Origin: Actinomycetes bacterium
Lineage (GTDB): Bacteria; Actinomycetota; Acidimicrobiia; Acidimicrobiales; JAKAOS01
Direction: 5' to 3'
Assembly: GCA_021791675.1 (NCBI GenBank)
Contig: JAJYWE010000011.1
Location: forward strand, 1 to 56,807
Length of the DNA stretch: 56,807 bases
Positions 28,852 to 38,708 of the stretch are shown here, piece by piece; the stretch's first letter is position 1; each line of letters starts with the position of its first letter. The notes below the pieces were generated by a model. The model saw nothing but the letters and a program-made list of their open reading frames with translations. It did not search any database and was not told where the DNA came from. The translations under genes were made by a program, and so were the position numbers.

Positions 28852-29996
28852 GGCTCGAGCCCGTCGAGACGGACCAACGTCCGAAGCATCACCTCGTCGG
28901 CACCCCCACCGATGGACAACAGGCGCCCGTCCCGAAAGTAGCGTGACACCCAGGTCTCCTCCATGTAGCCCGCCCCGCCGTGGAACTGCAGGCACCAGTC
29001 GGCCAGCTCGCGTTGGAGCCGTCCGGCCTCGAGCTTGGCGATGGTGGCGAAGCGAGTGGTGTCCTCCCCGCGCTGGTAGGCCTCGGCGCAGGCATAGGCG
29101 TAGTGGCGCAGGAGATCCACCTTCGCGCTCAGCTCGGCCAGGCGGAACTGTACGTACTGATTCGCCAGGACCGGGGCCCCGAACGCCCGCCGCTCACGGA
29201 GGTAGGCCACGGTCCGCTCGATGGCGCCGGTCATGGCTCCCACGGCCACGTAGGTGGCGATCATGCGTTCGTTCTGGAACTGCGCCATCTGCTGCTGGAA
29301 GCCGCGGCCGATCTCCCCGATGGTGTTGGCCACCGGCACCCGGGCCTCACGAAACCACAGCTCGGCGGTGTCGGACGAGCGGTTCCCCAGCTTGCTCAAC
29401 GTTCTCCCCACCGAGAACCCGGGGGTGTCGGTGGGGAACACGATCTGGGACATGCCCCGGTAGCCCCCTTCCTCGGAGGTGCGCGCGAGCAGGCACAACC
29501 AGTCGGCCTGGGTGCCGTTGGTGATGTAGAGCTTGGTGCCGCTGATCACCCAGGTGTCGCCGTCGCGCACGGCCCTGGTGCGGATGCCGGCGACGTCGGA
29601 GCCTGCGTCCGGCTCGGTGACCGCGATGGATGCCACCATTGCGCCACGCAGCGCCGGCGCCAGGTACCTGGTCTTCAGCTCGTGGCTGCCGAAGCGGTGC
29701 AACGCCGGGGTGGCCATGTCGGTCTGCACCGAGATCGCCATCGGTACCCCACCGCAACCGATGCGCCCCAGCTCCTCGCCGAGCACCACCGTGTAGGAGT
29801 GCTCTGCGCCCTGGCCGCCGTAAGCCGGGTCGTACTCGAGCCCGAGGAGCCCGGCCGCCCCGAGCGCGGCGAACACCTGGTGTGCGGGGAACCGACCCTC
29901 TGCTTCCCACCGTTCCACGTGAGGGTCGACCTCGCGGGCCAACACGCCTCGAACAGTGCGACGGAACGACTCGTGATCCTCGGTGAACAGCACCAT
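28848..29996 (-). CDS. Acyl-CoA dehydrogenase (citronellyl-CoA dehydrogenase AtuD/FadE13-like)
   Basis: VQTDMATPAL, IAVTEPDAGSDVA, QFQNER, QFHGGAGY, SIGGGADEVM; AAGGAGG RBS. Confidence 0.92.
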   Translation of the reverse strand: MVLFTEDHESFRRTVRGVLAREVDPHVERWEAEGRFPAHQVFAALGAAGLLGLEYDPAYGGQGAEHSYTVVLGEELGRIGCGGVPMAISVQTDMATPALHRFGSHELKTRYLAPALRGAMVASIAVTEPDAGSDVAGIRTRAVRDGDTWVISGTKLYITNGTQADWLCLLARTSEEGGYRGMSQIVFPTDTPGFSVGRTLSKLGNRSSDTAELWFREARVPVANTIGEIGRGFQQQMAQFQNERMIATYVAVGAMTGAIERTVAYLRERRAFGAPVLANQYVQFRLAELSAKVDLLRHYAYACAEAYQRGEDTTRFATIAKLEAGRLQRELADWCLQFHGGAGYMEETWVSRYFRDGRLLSIGGGADEVMLRTLVRLDGLEP

Positions 29997-30170
29997 CGCC
30001 TCCTTCACCGCCGCGCCGACGTGGGGCCCCGGCGTTCTCGCCCCGGGCAGCGCGGCCGGCAGGCGACCTGCCGACCGGACGACGCCGGTGCCGGCTCCAC
30101 CCTGGCGACTGGCCGCGCGGCCGACGATCGTGTGTCGTGCGCGGCCTCTGGCACGCCGGGAACTGTATTC

Positions 30171-30188
30171 GAACTTGACTTCAGGTTC
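30171..30188. promoter_or_regulatory. Imperfect palindrome GAACnTGAnnTCAnGTTC, probable TetR operator
   Basis: gaacttgacttcaggttc lies in an AT-richer patch between the divergent atu-like and fadE-tetR-fadD operons. Confidence 0.65.
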
Positions 30189-30277
30189 TAATCTGGTCCA
30201 AGACTGATCTGGTCGGCCACGAACCGCAAGCCCGGTCGACCGGCGCGCCGCTGGCGAGCAGCGAGGAGGACCGTCGA

Positions 30278-31462
30278 GTGGACTTCGATCTGGGACCGGA
30301 GGACGACCCTCGGCGCCTTGCGGTGCGATCGTGGCTGGACGCCCACCCGACTCCCACCGGGCGGCAGTTGGCCGAGGCGGGCTACGTCGTCCCCCACTGG
30401 CCGGCGCCCTACGGGCTCGGCGCGGATCCGCTGCACCAGCTGATCGTGGACGACGAGCTGCGTCGTGCCCAGGTGGAGCTCCCGTCCAACCCCATCGGCG
30501 TCGGCTGGGCCGCACCCATCATCTTGTTGGCTGGTACCCCAGCCCAGAGGGACCGTTACCTGTGGCCGGCGTTGGCCGGGGAGGAGCAGTGGTGCCAGCT
30601 CTTCAGCGAGCCCGAGGCCGGCTCCGATCTGGCGTCGCTCACCACCCGGGCAACCCGTGACGGGGACACCTGGGTGGTCGAGGGCACCAAGATCTGGACC
30701 AGCGGCGCCCATGTCGCCGCTTTCGGGATCCTCCTGGCCCGCACCGACCCCGACGCTCCCAAGCACCGCGGCATCTCGTACTTCATCTGCCCCATGTCGG
30801 CACCGGGGATCACGGTGACCCCCATCGTGGACATGACCGGCTCCCACACCTTCAACCAGGTCTTCTTGGACGGCGTCCGCCTCGGTGTCGAGCACATGGT
30901 GGGGGCCGAGGGCGACGGCTGGCGATTGGCCAAGGCCACGCTGGCGAACGAGCGTGTGTCGCTGTCGAGCGGGGGCGCGCTGTGGGGGAGCGGCCCGTCG
31001 GCGGTGGACCTGATCGACCTGGTACGTCGCAATGGGGGGACTTCGGAACCGCTGCGGCGCCAGGCGCTGGCCCAGGTGTGGGCGGAGGGCGAGGCGCTGC
31101 GACGGATCCGGCTCCGGACGCTGTCGGCGCGACTGGCCGGCGCCACACCGGGACCGGAGGCCTCGGTGCAGAAGATTCTCGGGGACCAGCACGGCCAGCG
31201 GGTGATGGCCCTCGCCCGGGAGCTGGCGGGAACCGCCGGCCTGCTCGAAGGCGCCGGGCCGGAAGGTCCCGTCCACCCCAGGGTGTCCCGCGCGCCGGTC
31301 CCCGGCCAGCCGGGCCCGGCCATCGCACCCAGCGTCGATCCCATCTGGCACTACGGCTTCCTGTTCTCACCGGCGCTCACCATCGGCGGCGGGACGTGGG
31401 CGGTCCAACGCAACATCGTGGCCGAGCAAGTGCTCGGCCTGCCCCGGGATCCAGGGACCTGA
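30278..31462 (+). CDS. Acyl-CoA dehydrogenase
   Basis: WCQLFSEPEAGSDLASL, KIWTS, FNQVFLD, LANER, TIGGGT, QRNIVAE; GAGGAGG RBS. Confidence 0.93.
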   Translation: MDFDLGPEDDPRRLAVRSWLDAHPTPTGRQLAEAGYVVPHWPAPYGLGADPLHQLIVDDELRRAQVELPSNPIGVGWAAPIILLAGTPAQRDRYLWPALAGEEQWCQLFSEPEAGSDLASLTTRATRDGDTWVVEGTKIWTSGAHVAAFGILLARTDPDAPKHRGISYFICPMSAPGITVTPIVDMTGSHTFNQVFLDGVRLGVEHMVGAEGDGWRLAKATLANERVSLSSGGALWGSGPSAVDLIDLVRRNGGTSEPLRRQALAQVWAEGEALRRIRLRTLSARLAGATPGPEASVQKILGDQHGQRVMALARELAGTAGLLEGAGPEGPVHPRVSRAPVPGQPGPAIAPSVDPIWHYGFLFSPALTIGGGTWAVQRNIVAEQVLGLPRDPGT

Positions 31463-31463
31463 C

Positions 31464-32255
31464 GTGGGCGGCGACCCTATCCGGGAGCTCGAGGGCGACC
31501 CCGACCCCGACCCCGACCAAGCGAGTGCTGCTGTCACGGTCGTCCCGGTCACTCGCCGGGGGCGGCGGACCCGGGCGGCGTTGGTGCACGCGGCGGCAAG
31601 GGTGTTCGCCCGCGACGGGTTCCTCGACGCCCGGATCGTCGACATCGCCACCGAGGCCGGAGTGGCCATCGGCAGCTTCTACACCTACTTCTCGTCGAAG
31701 GAGGTGCTCTTCCGGGAGGTCGTCGACGAACTGCTCGACGAGCTCTACCGCGAGTCCCACGTCGGGGACCTGGCGGGTCCCGACCCCAAGGCCAAGATCG
31801 CCGCCGCCAACCGGCTCTACCTCGAGACCTTCGCACGCCACGCCGCCTTGTACGCCGTGGTGTTCCAGGTGTCGACCTTCAACGAGGAGCTGCGGCGCCA
31901 TCGACAGCGATGTCGCCTCGCCTTCGTCGATCGCGCCGCCCGGGGGCTCAGGCACCTGCAGGAGACCGGTCGGGCCGACGCCACGCTCGACCCGGAGCTG
32001 TTTGCAGCACTGCTGTGCGGCATGGTGGAGAACTTCTCCGAGGTCCGCCACCTGCTAGGCCAGCCCTTCGACGACGACGCGGCCACGGCTGCGCTCACCG
32101 AGATCTGGGCGCGTGCAATCGGGCTCGATCCGCCCCCCGAGGTTCGCCGCCAGCGCGCCGGCAGCCCTGCGCGCACCACGAACGCGACCCGTCCCACCGG
32201 CCCCACCAGTCGCGCCCCGCAGTCGGACCCGGCCACGAACGTCAGGAGGTCGTGA
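31464..32255 (+). CDS. TetR family transcriptional regulator
   Basis: RTRAALVHAAARVF...IATEAGVAIGSFYTYFSSKE HTH. Confidence 0.92.
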   Translation: MGGDPIRELEGDPDPDPDQASAAVTVVPVTRRGRRTRAALVHAAARVFARDGFLDARIVDIATEAGVAIGSFYTYFSSKEVLFREVVDELLDELYRESHVGDLAGPDPKAKIAAANRLYLETFARHAALYAVVFQVSTFNEELRRHRQRCRLAFVDRAARGLRHLQETGRADATLDPELFAALLCGMVENFSEVRHLLGQPFDDDAATAALTEIWARAIGLDPPPEVRRQRAGSPARTTNATRPTGPTSRAPQSDPATNVRRS

Positions 32256-33988
32256 TGCGTCCAGACCTGAGCCAGGTGGACCCCCTCGAGCACAACCTGG
32301 CCACCCGGGTCTCGGTGGGCGACCTGCTCACCCGGTCGGCGCAGCACTTCGGCCGGCGGGTGGCGATCGCCGAGCCGGGGCTCGAGGTGAGCTACGGCGT
32401 GCTCGACGACACTGCCGAGCGGCTGGGGCGATCCCTGCTCGACCTCGGCGTGGGCCACCAGCAGCCGGTGGCCCTGCTGATGCGCAACTCCTGGCGCTTC
32501 GTGGCCACCTTCTTCGCCTGTGCCAAGGCTGGTCTCGTGGCGTTGCCGGTCAACACGATGCTCGCCCCCGCCGACGTCGCCTGGATCCTGGCCGACGCCG
32601 GCTGTGACACCATCGTCGTCGACGCGGAGCACGTGCAGTTCCTGCGCGAGGTCCTGTCCCTCGCCCCTGCCCCCGATCGAGTGCTCGTGACCGGCCGCGG
32701 CCACCGCAACGAGCTGCTGGACGGCTTCCCCGTCCGATCCTGGGAGGAGTTGGCCGGGCCCCAGTCGCCGTCGGTCGCCGGCCGAGGGGGGACGGGGTCG
32801 GAGCCCCCCGGGCGCGCCGGGCTGGGCCATCCCGACCCGGCCCCGCCGGTGGTGCCACTGCGGGTGCGGATCGAGGATCGTGACGTCGTGCACTGCCTGT
32901 ACACCTCGGGGACGACGTCGCGCCCCAAGGGTGTCCTCACCAGCCACCTCTCGGTCCACCTGGCTGCGCTCACCAACGCCGTCCAGGTCCGCCATCCCTA
33001 CGGCGACGACGCGTCGGTGATGCCCATCGTCCTGCCGCTGTTCCACACCACGGCTCTGGACACCTTGTTGCTGCCCATGCTGCTCACCGGGGGCACGGTG
33101 GTCCTCCCCGATCGGTTCGAGCCGGAGAGCTTCCTCGACGTCGTCGAGCGCTGGCAGGCCACGCACGTGGTGCTGCTGCCGACGATGTACGACGCGGTGC
33201 TCGCCTCCCCCAGCCTGCCCCGACGACGTCTGGACTCGGTCCGGCTGTGCGTCTACGCCATGGCCCCGATGGCCCCCGAGCGCATCGCCGAGATCGCCAG
33301 GGCCTTTCCCCGGGCCAAGGTCCTCCTCGGTTCGGGGCAGACCGAGTGTGTCCCGGCGACGGTGTTCCAGTGGGCGTCGCACCAGACGACGAAGTCGGCC
33401 TCATGGGGCCCGCCGGTGGCGTCGGTGGACGCTCGCATCATGGGGACCGACGGCACCTTGCTGGCCGCCGGCACCGAGGGCGAGATCGTCTACCGCGGTC
33501 CCCACGTCATGGAGGGGTACTGGCATCACGCCGACGCCAACGCCGCGGCGTTCGCGCACGGCTGGTTCCACAGCGGTGACGTCGGCCGGCTCGACGACGA
33601 GGGTGTGGTGTGGTTCACCGATCGGCTGAAGGACATCGTGAAGACCGGCGGCGAGAACGTCTCCTCGGTGGCGGTGGAGCGGGTGCTGCTCTCCTGTCCC
33701 GCCGTGGCCGAGTGCGCGGTGATCGGCACGCCGCATCCTCGATGGGGAGAGGCCGTCACCGCCGTGGTGGTCCCAGCCGAGGACGTCGACGACGCGTCGG
33801 CCCTGGAGGACCGGGTGATCGCGCACTGCCGAGCCCACCTGGCGGGGTTCCAGGTGCCCAAGCGAGTGGTGGTGGTGGGGTCCCTCCCGCGCACCGCCAC
33901 CGGCAAGGTCCAAAAGGCGGAGCTTCGGGCCCAGCTCGGCTCCACGCCCCTCGGCGCCGACCCCGAGCCGGCACGCGACCGGGACTGA
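32255..33988 (+). CDS. AMP-dependent acyl-CoA synthetase
   Basis: YTSGTTSRPKG, GSGQTE, WFHSGD, DRLKDIVKTGGENV, LPRTATGKVQK; AGGAGG RBS. Confidence 0.94.
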   Translation: MRPDLSQVDPLEHNLATRVSVGDLLTRSAQHFGRRVAIAEPGLEVSYGVLDDTAERLGRSLLDLGVGHQQPVALLMRNSWRFVATFFACAKAGLVALPVNTMLAPADVAWILADAGCDTIVVDAEHVQFLREVLSLAPAPDRVLVTGRGHRNELLDGFPVRSWEELAGPQSPSVAGRGGTGSEPPGRAGLGHPDPAPPVVPLRVRIEDRDVVHCLYTSGTTSRPKGVLTSHLSVHLAALTNAVQVRHPYGDDASVMPIVLPLFHTTALDTLLLPMLLTGGTVVLPDRFEPESFLDVVERWQATHVVLLPTMYDAVLASPSLPRRRLDSVRLCVYAMAPMAPERIAEIARAFPRAKVLLGSGQTECVPATVFQWASHQTTKSASWGPPVASVDARIMGTDGTLLAAGTEGEIVYRGPHVMEGYWHHADANAAAFAHGWFHSGDVGRLDDEGVVWFTDRLKDIVKTGGENVSSVAVERVLLSCPAVAECAVIGTPHPRWGEAVTAVVVPAEDVDDASALEDRVIAHCRAHLAGFQVPKRVVVVGSLPRTATGKVQKAELRAQLGSTPLGADPEPARDRD

Positions 33989-34234
33989 CGAGGCGACCCT
34001 TGACGACTTCTCCCGCCACCGGACGGACGGCGAAGCGCGCACCCGCCCTCGGGCGAGTGGTGCCGTGTCGTGTTCGGCACAGGCGAGACGCTGCTCGCTC
34101 TCGATCCACGGGTGGCAGGGCGGGGGAGCGCACGGTCGGCGGCACGTGTCGCCGCGGCGAAGACGGCGGTGGCGCGACCGTTTCCTCGAGGTTGCCGCTG
34201 TTCCGCTCCCGTCGGCGCCGTCGACCGTGACGGT

Positions 34235-34633
34235 GATCCGCGAACCGGACTGGCGGACCTCCCTCTCCTTCGTCGCCGGCTGGCCGATGCCTTGGCGCCA
34301 GGAGCCGGCAGGCTCCGCGGCGGCGGTCGGCCTGTCGAGCTCGGCCAGGGTGGTCGTCCTCGACACCGTCTCTGTCGCAGACCTTGCCGTGGGGGCAATG
34401 GTCCGGACGACCTCGCGCAGTCCGTCCACGACCGGGCGGTGAGCCAGTTCCTCCGCGAGGTCCAGGACAGGGCCGAGCGGACGGGCCGGGTGCTCGTGAC
34501 GGTTGCGCCTGCTCGGATCGGCCGAGCAGCACGATCCCGTCGCCGGTGGGCAGCCGGCGACCCGAGACGCCCGCTGAGCCTGGACCAGACGGGCTGGCGA
34601 CGGCCGCACCGGGCGATGGAGCAGGCGGCCTGA
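34235..34633 (+). pseudogene. Degenerate GGDEF (diguanylate cyclase) domain remnant
   Basis: DPRTGLADLPLLRRRLADAL resembles the GGDEF entry motif DxLTGLxNR; the end ARIGRAA...HRAMEQAA resembles SIGxA...DxAMYxAK; no GG(D/E)EF motif. Confidence 0.4.
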
Positions 34634-34763
34634 CGGGAGATCGCTCATCTGTTGCGTGAACGACCGAGTCAGCCGGAGTGCTCGCCCTGCGGGCCGGGGA
34701 GGTTGTCGAGTGCCGCAGCTCATCCCCTGAGCGCGCCCACTCCGGGGCCGCCGGCTCCCGGCC

Positions 34764-36128
34764 CTACGTCCCTCGCGGCGCCGGACGTCCCGGACCCGAC
34801 CCGTCCTCCCCGTCCTCGGGCGGCGCGGCGCGCACCGGTGCGAGGCGCGCCGAGTAGATCGAGCGCAGGTCGAGCCGCCGCGCGACGAGGTTCGCCCCGA
34901 CCGCGGCGAGCAGTATCGGTGCGGTGATGGCGAGGGTGTGGGTGAGCTCGAGCGTCATCGTGATCCCCGTGAGCGGCGCTTCGATCGCAGCCGTGAGCAG
35001 TGCCGCCGCGCCGATCACCGCGAAACTCGCGCTCTCGTGGCCAGGCCACACGAGCAGCCACAGCTGGCCGAGCAGCGCCCCGAACACCGCCCCGAAGCTC
35101 ATCGTCGGGGTGAAGAGCCCCCCGGTCGCGCCGCTGCGCAGGCAGGCTCCGGTCGCGACCGGCTTGAGCACGCTGAGCGCCAGCAACGTGAGCAGGCCGG
35201 CGGAGCCGGTGAAGGCGAACTGCGCGAGGTCGACGCCGTTGCCGAGGAGGAGCGGGTAGGCGATCGCGACGAAACCGAGCGCGGTGAACACGACGAGGGG
35301 CTCGACGAGCAGGAGGCGGCCCTTCGGGCGATGGTCGCTCGCCCAGGTGATCAGGCGGATGTAGCCGGCGGACGCGAGGCCGAGGACCGGCCCTGCCAGG
35401 GCGGCGAAGACCATGAGCGAGAGCGTCGGGTTCGCGAGCCGTGGGACGAGGTAGACCGTGTGCGCGGGGAGGGTGATCCACGACACGGCGGTTGCGACCG
35501 TCGAGGTGAGCAGCGCGGGAAGGACGATCGGCAGCGACAGCGTGCCGAGGTAGATCTCGACGGCGAAGAGCCCGCCGGCGAAGGGGACGTTGTAGACGGC
35601 GCCCAGGCCCGCGCCCGCTCCGCACGCAATGAGGAGCCGGCGCTGCTCGGGCGGGAGGGAGAAGCGCCGCCCGAGGAACGCGCCTGCGGCCGCGCCGGTG
35701 CGCTGCGGGGCCGCCTCCCGGCCGATCGAGCAGCCCATGGCGACACTCAGCTCCGAGAGCGCCCCGGTGAGCAGGGTGCGGACGAGGGAGAGCTCGCCCT
35801 CGCGGTTCCAGACGACCTCCGTCGGCTCACCACCCGTCCCGCCCCCGAAGCGGCGGAGGAGGTAGAGGCCAACCCCGGTGACGAGGCCGCCCGCGGCGAG
35901 CACCACGACGATTCGGAGGTCGCTCGCGCGCGCAGCGGCGGCGGAGTACTCGCCGGCGTGGTAGCCGAAGGCCAGGTGTTGCACGGCGCGGAGCACGCCC
36001 ATCATCACCATGGCACCCACCCCGGCTCCGATGCCGGTCGCAACGGCGAGCACCCAGAACCGGGGCGGCAGGTCGGCGAGCCGCGAGGGGACGTTCGGCT
36101 GGGCGGTCCCGCGACGCTCGCCGCTCAC
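34764..36128 (-). CDS. ClC family chloride channel/transporter
   Basis: SIGREAAP, GAGAGLGAVYNVPFAG, LLGNG, GGLFTP, APLTG, SIYS; multi-TM. Confidence 0.92.
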   Translation of the reverse strand: MSGERRGTAQPNVPSRLADLPPRFWVLAVATGIGAGVGAMVMMGVLRAVQHLAFGYHAGEYSAAAARASDLRIVVVLAAGGLVTGVGLYLLRRFGGGTGGEPTEVVWNREGELSLVRTLLTGALSELSVAMGCSIGREAAPQRTGAAAGAFLGRRFSLPPEQRRLLIACGAGAGLGAVYNVPFAGGLFAVEIYLGTLSLPIVLPALLTSTVATAVSWITLPAHTVYLVPRLANPTLSLMVFAALAGPVLGLASAGYIRLITWASDHRPKGRLLLVEPLVVFTALGFVAIAYPLLLGNGVDLAQFAFTGSAGLLTLLALSVLKPVATGACLRSGATGGLFTPTMSFGAVFGALLGQLWLLVWPGHESASFAVIGAAALLTAAIEAPLTGITMTLELTHTLAITAPILLAAVGANLVARRLDLRSIYSARLAPVRAAPPEDGEDGSGPGRPAPRGT

Positions 36129-36217
36129 GCCCGGCTCGAGGCCTGGGCACCCGCCACCATGGGGAGGCTAGCACTGATGCCTCCCCGCTTCGCCACCGGC
36201 AGACGCAGGCCGAGCGG

Positions 36218-36325
36218 GCACGAGTGACCCGGACAGCACGAGCGGCCCGGAGAGCACGAGTGACCCGGACAGCACGAGCGGCCCGGAGAGCACGAGCAGC
36301 CCGGACAGCACGGGCGGCCCGGAGG
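36218..36325. repeat. Intergenic minisatellite, 6 x 18 bp (GCACGAGYRRCCCGGASA) with 36-bp higher-order period
   Basis: Units at 36218, 36236, 36254, 36272, 36290 and 36308; unit 1 = unit 3 and unit 2 = unit 4 exactly. Confidence 0.92.
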
Positions 36326-36361
36326 GGAGGCGGTGGGAGAGGAGCGACGCGCCAGGTTCTC

Positions 36362-37981
36362 CTACTTCGTCAGGTACCACTGCTCCGGCGTGATGAACTG
36401 GTACGCGTTCGGCACGTACCCGCCGAGGTGGGTCGACACCACGGCCGGGAAGCCCTGGATGGGGTTGCCGCCCTCCTCGGGCTGCCAGACCACGGGGAGC
36501 TGCTTCGCGATGTAGGCCTCGTAGGCGTCCATGGCCGCCTGGCTCTCCGAAGAGGGCACCTTCGTCGTCGCCCGGATCAGCCGGTCGGCCACCGGGTTCG
36601 AGTAGTTCTCGTAGTTGGCCGAGGCGCCGGTCGCCCACAGCTCCTCGCCGGAGGGGTAGTAGTCGGGTGCGAAGCTCCATCCGCCGCCCCAGTTCTCCGC
36701 CGTCCACTGGCAGATCGACTGGTTGGGCGAGCAGGGGGTGATCGTCGAGACGACCGTCGCGTAGGGGTGCGTCGTGAGGTGGATCTGGATCCCGACGAGT
36801 GCAGCCTCCGCGGTGAGGTCTCGCATCGACAGCGCGAGCGCCTGCTCGCCGTAGGTGTAGTCGAGGTTGAACGAGATCCCCTCGCCGGCGCTGATCCCCG
36901 CGCCGCATGCCGTGGGGCCGGTGCCCGGCCGGACGCACGTCGTCCTCCCGCCCGGCACCACCTTCCATCCGTGGCGGGTGAGGATCCTGGCCGCGTCCGA
37001 CACGCTGAAGGGGTAGGGGTTCGCGAGCTGGTTCTCGTTCGCGAAGTGGTTGGGCGGCTCGGACGGGACTGGTCCGTAGTCGGGGACGGCGGTTCCGTGA
37101 TAGAAGGCGCTGATCCAACCTTGCTGGTTGACCAGGTGTTGGAACGCCTGGCGGAAGTAGAGCTGGCGGAAGATGGGGCCGACCTTCGGGTTGTTGAGGT
37201 TGAGCGGGAAGTAGCCGACGGCGAAGACGTAGCTGTTGCTCGGCCGGTAGCCGCCTGCGAGCACGCTCTTCTCCTGGGGGAGGTCCTGGGGGGGCACGTA
37301 GCCGACGGTCAGCGAGCCCGGCGAACCGGTGAGCAGGTTGAACTCCGAGTAGTCGCTCGTGAACGGCTCCTCGACGAACTTGGCGATCCTCGGCTTGTCC
37401 GGTCCGGTGTAGGAGGGGTTTGGCTCGAACGTCGCCGCGCCCTCGACCGTGAACGCGGTGAGCTTCCAGGGCCCGTCGACGACACTCCAGATCGGGCTCT
37501 TGACGAAGGCCGCCTCGTCGGTTGCCTGGCTCGCGAGGAAGTTGTAGACCGCGAGCGCTCCCTGCTTGGTCGTGTCGGGAAGGTTGGGCGAGGACGCGCT
37601 CGGCGCCGGGGCCGACAACGACGTCCGGTCCCACGCCAGTGGGAGCGGGGTGATCTCGCTCAGCTGGTTGTAGAGGTACCAGTCGGGGTTGTACGGCTGG
37701 GTGAGGTGCAGGACGATCGTCTGGGCATTGGGAAGCTGCATGGACGCGACGTTCTCGGGGAACAGCCCCTGCACATAGCCGTAGAAGTTCGCCGGGTCCG
37801 CCTTCACGAGGTTGATCCAGAACTCGACGTCCCGGCTCGTCACCGGCTGGCCGTTGGACCACATGTAGTGCTTGAGCGTGATCGTGACCGTCTGGTCGTG
37901 GTCCGACCAGACCGGGCGGTTGCCGACGGAGTAGTTGAAGTCCACCGAGGCGGTGTTGTTGTTCCCGAACCAGTAGAGGGG
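36362..37981 (-). pseudogene. 3' part (540 codons) of an OppA-like substrate-binding lipoprotein gene split by IS607
   Basis: Open frame reads PLYWFGNNN...WSNGQPVTSRDVEF...VVDGPWKL...YFRQAFQ...PEQWYLTK; it has no signal peptide and stops at the IS junction. Confidence 0.92.
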
Positions 37982-38036
37982 TTCTGAACTGCTCCAGCAT
38001 CAGTCCGTGATACACCACGTACATGTGTTCTAGTGA

Positions 38037-38042
38037 TAGAGT
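38037..38042 (+). promoter_or_regulatory. Probable -10 element (TAGAGT) of a leaderless tnpA transcript
   Basis: TANNNT hexamer 6 nt upstream of the GTG at 38049, with no clear SD. Confidence 0.5.
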
Positions 38043-38048
38043 GGGACC

Positions 38049-38708
38049 GTGAACCTGACCGAGTGGGCGCGTCGCCAGGGTATCCACCCGCAGACCGCCT
38101 ACAACTGGTTCCATGCGGGCACGCTCCCCGTCCCGGCGGTCAGGATCAACAAACGGACCATCCTCGTCCAGCCGGACGCAGCTCTCGGCACTCCAGGAGA
38201 GACCATCGGGCTCTACGCCCGCGTTTCATCCCACGACCAGCGGGGAGACCTGGACCGCCAAGTGGCAAGGCTCACGACGTGGGCCGCAACGACTGGTCTT
38301 CCCGTGGTCCGGGTGGAAGCAGAAGTTGGCTCGGGAATGAACGGGTCACGTTCCAAGCTCCGCCGCCTGCTCGCTGATCCGACGGTCACCACCGTCGTCG
38401 TTGAGCACCGGGACCGCCTGGCCCGGATGAACGCAGAGCTGGTCGAAGCAGCACTGTCGGCCCATGGTCGGAGGCTCGTGGTGCTCGACGACGGCGAGAT
38501 GGACGATGACCTGGTGCGGGATATGACCGAGGTGCTCACGAGCTTCTGTGCCCGCCTCTATGGACGCAGGTCTGCCCGCAACCGGGCAGAGAAGGCCCTG
38601 CGCTGCGCGGCCCACGACGTGGGGCCGATGGCACTGGCCAAGGAAGCGACGGTCAACACGGCGACGACACCGCGAGTGCCACACCCGACGGGCACGACGA
38701 GGCCGTGA
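38049..38708 (+). CDS. tnpA: IS607-family serine recombinase transposase
   Basis: N-terminal MerR-like HTH (EWARRQGIHPQTAYNWF), YARVSS catalytic Ser, EVGSGMN, VEHRDRLAR, DLVRDMTEVLTSFCARLYG. Confidence 0.96.
   Translation: MNLTEWARRQGIHPQTAYNWFHAGTLPVPAVRINKRTILVQPDAALGTPGETIGLYARVSSHDQRGDLDRQVARLTTWAATTGLPVVRVEAEVGSGMNGSRSKLRRLLADPTVTTVVVEHRDRLARMNAELVEAALSAHGRRLVVLDDGEMDDDLVRDMTEVLTSFCARLYGRRSARNRAEKALRCAAHDVGPMALAKEATVNTATTPRVPHPTGTTRP

Noticed and set aside
36218-36325. Possible CRISPR array near a TnpB/Cas12-like gene
   Set aside because: The units abut with no unique spacers, are only 18 bp, and lie outside the IS. It is a minisatellite; no CRISPR array or cas1/cas2 is seen in the window.
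36362-37945. A stand-alone 527-aa SBP starting at 37945
   Set aside because: It has no signal peptide; the true N-terminus lies beyond the IS at 40403-40735.
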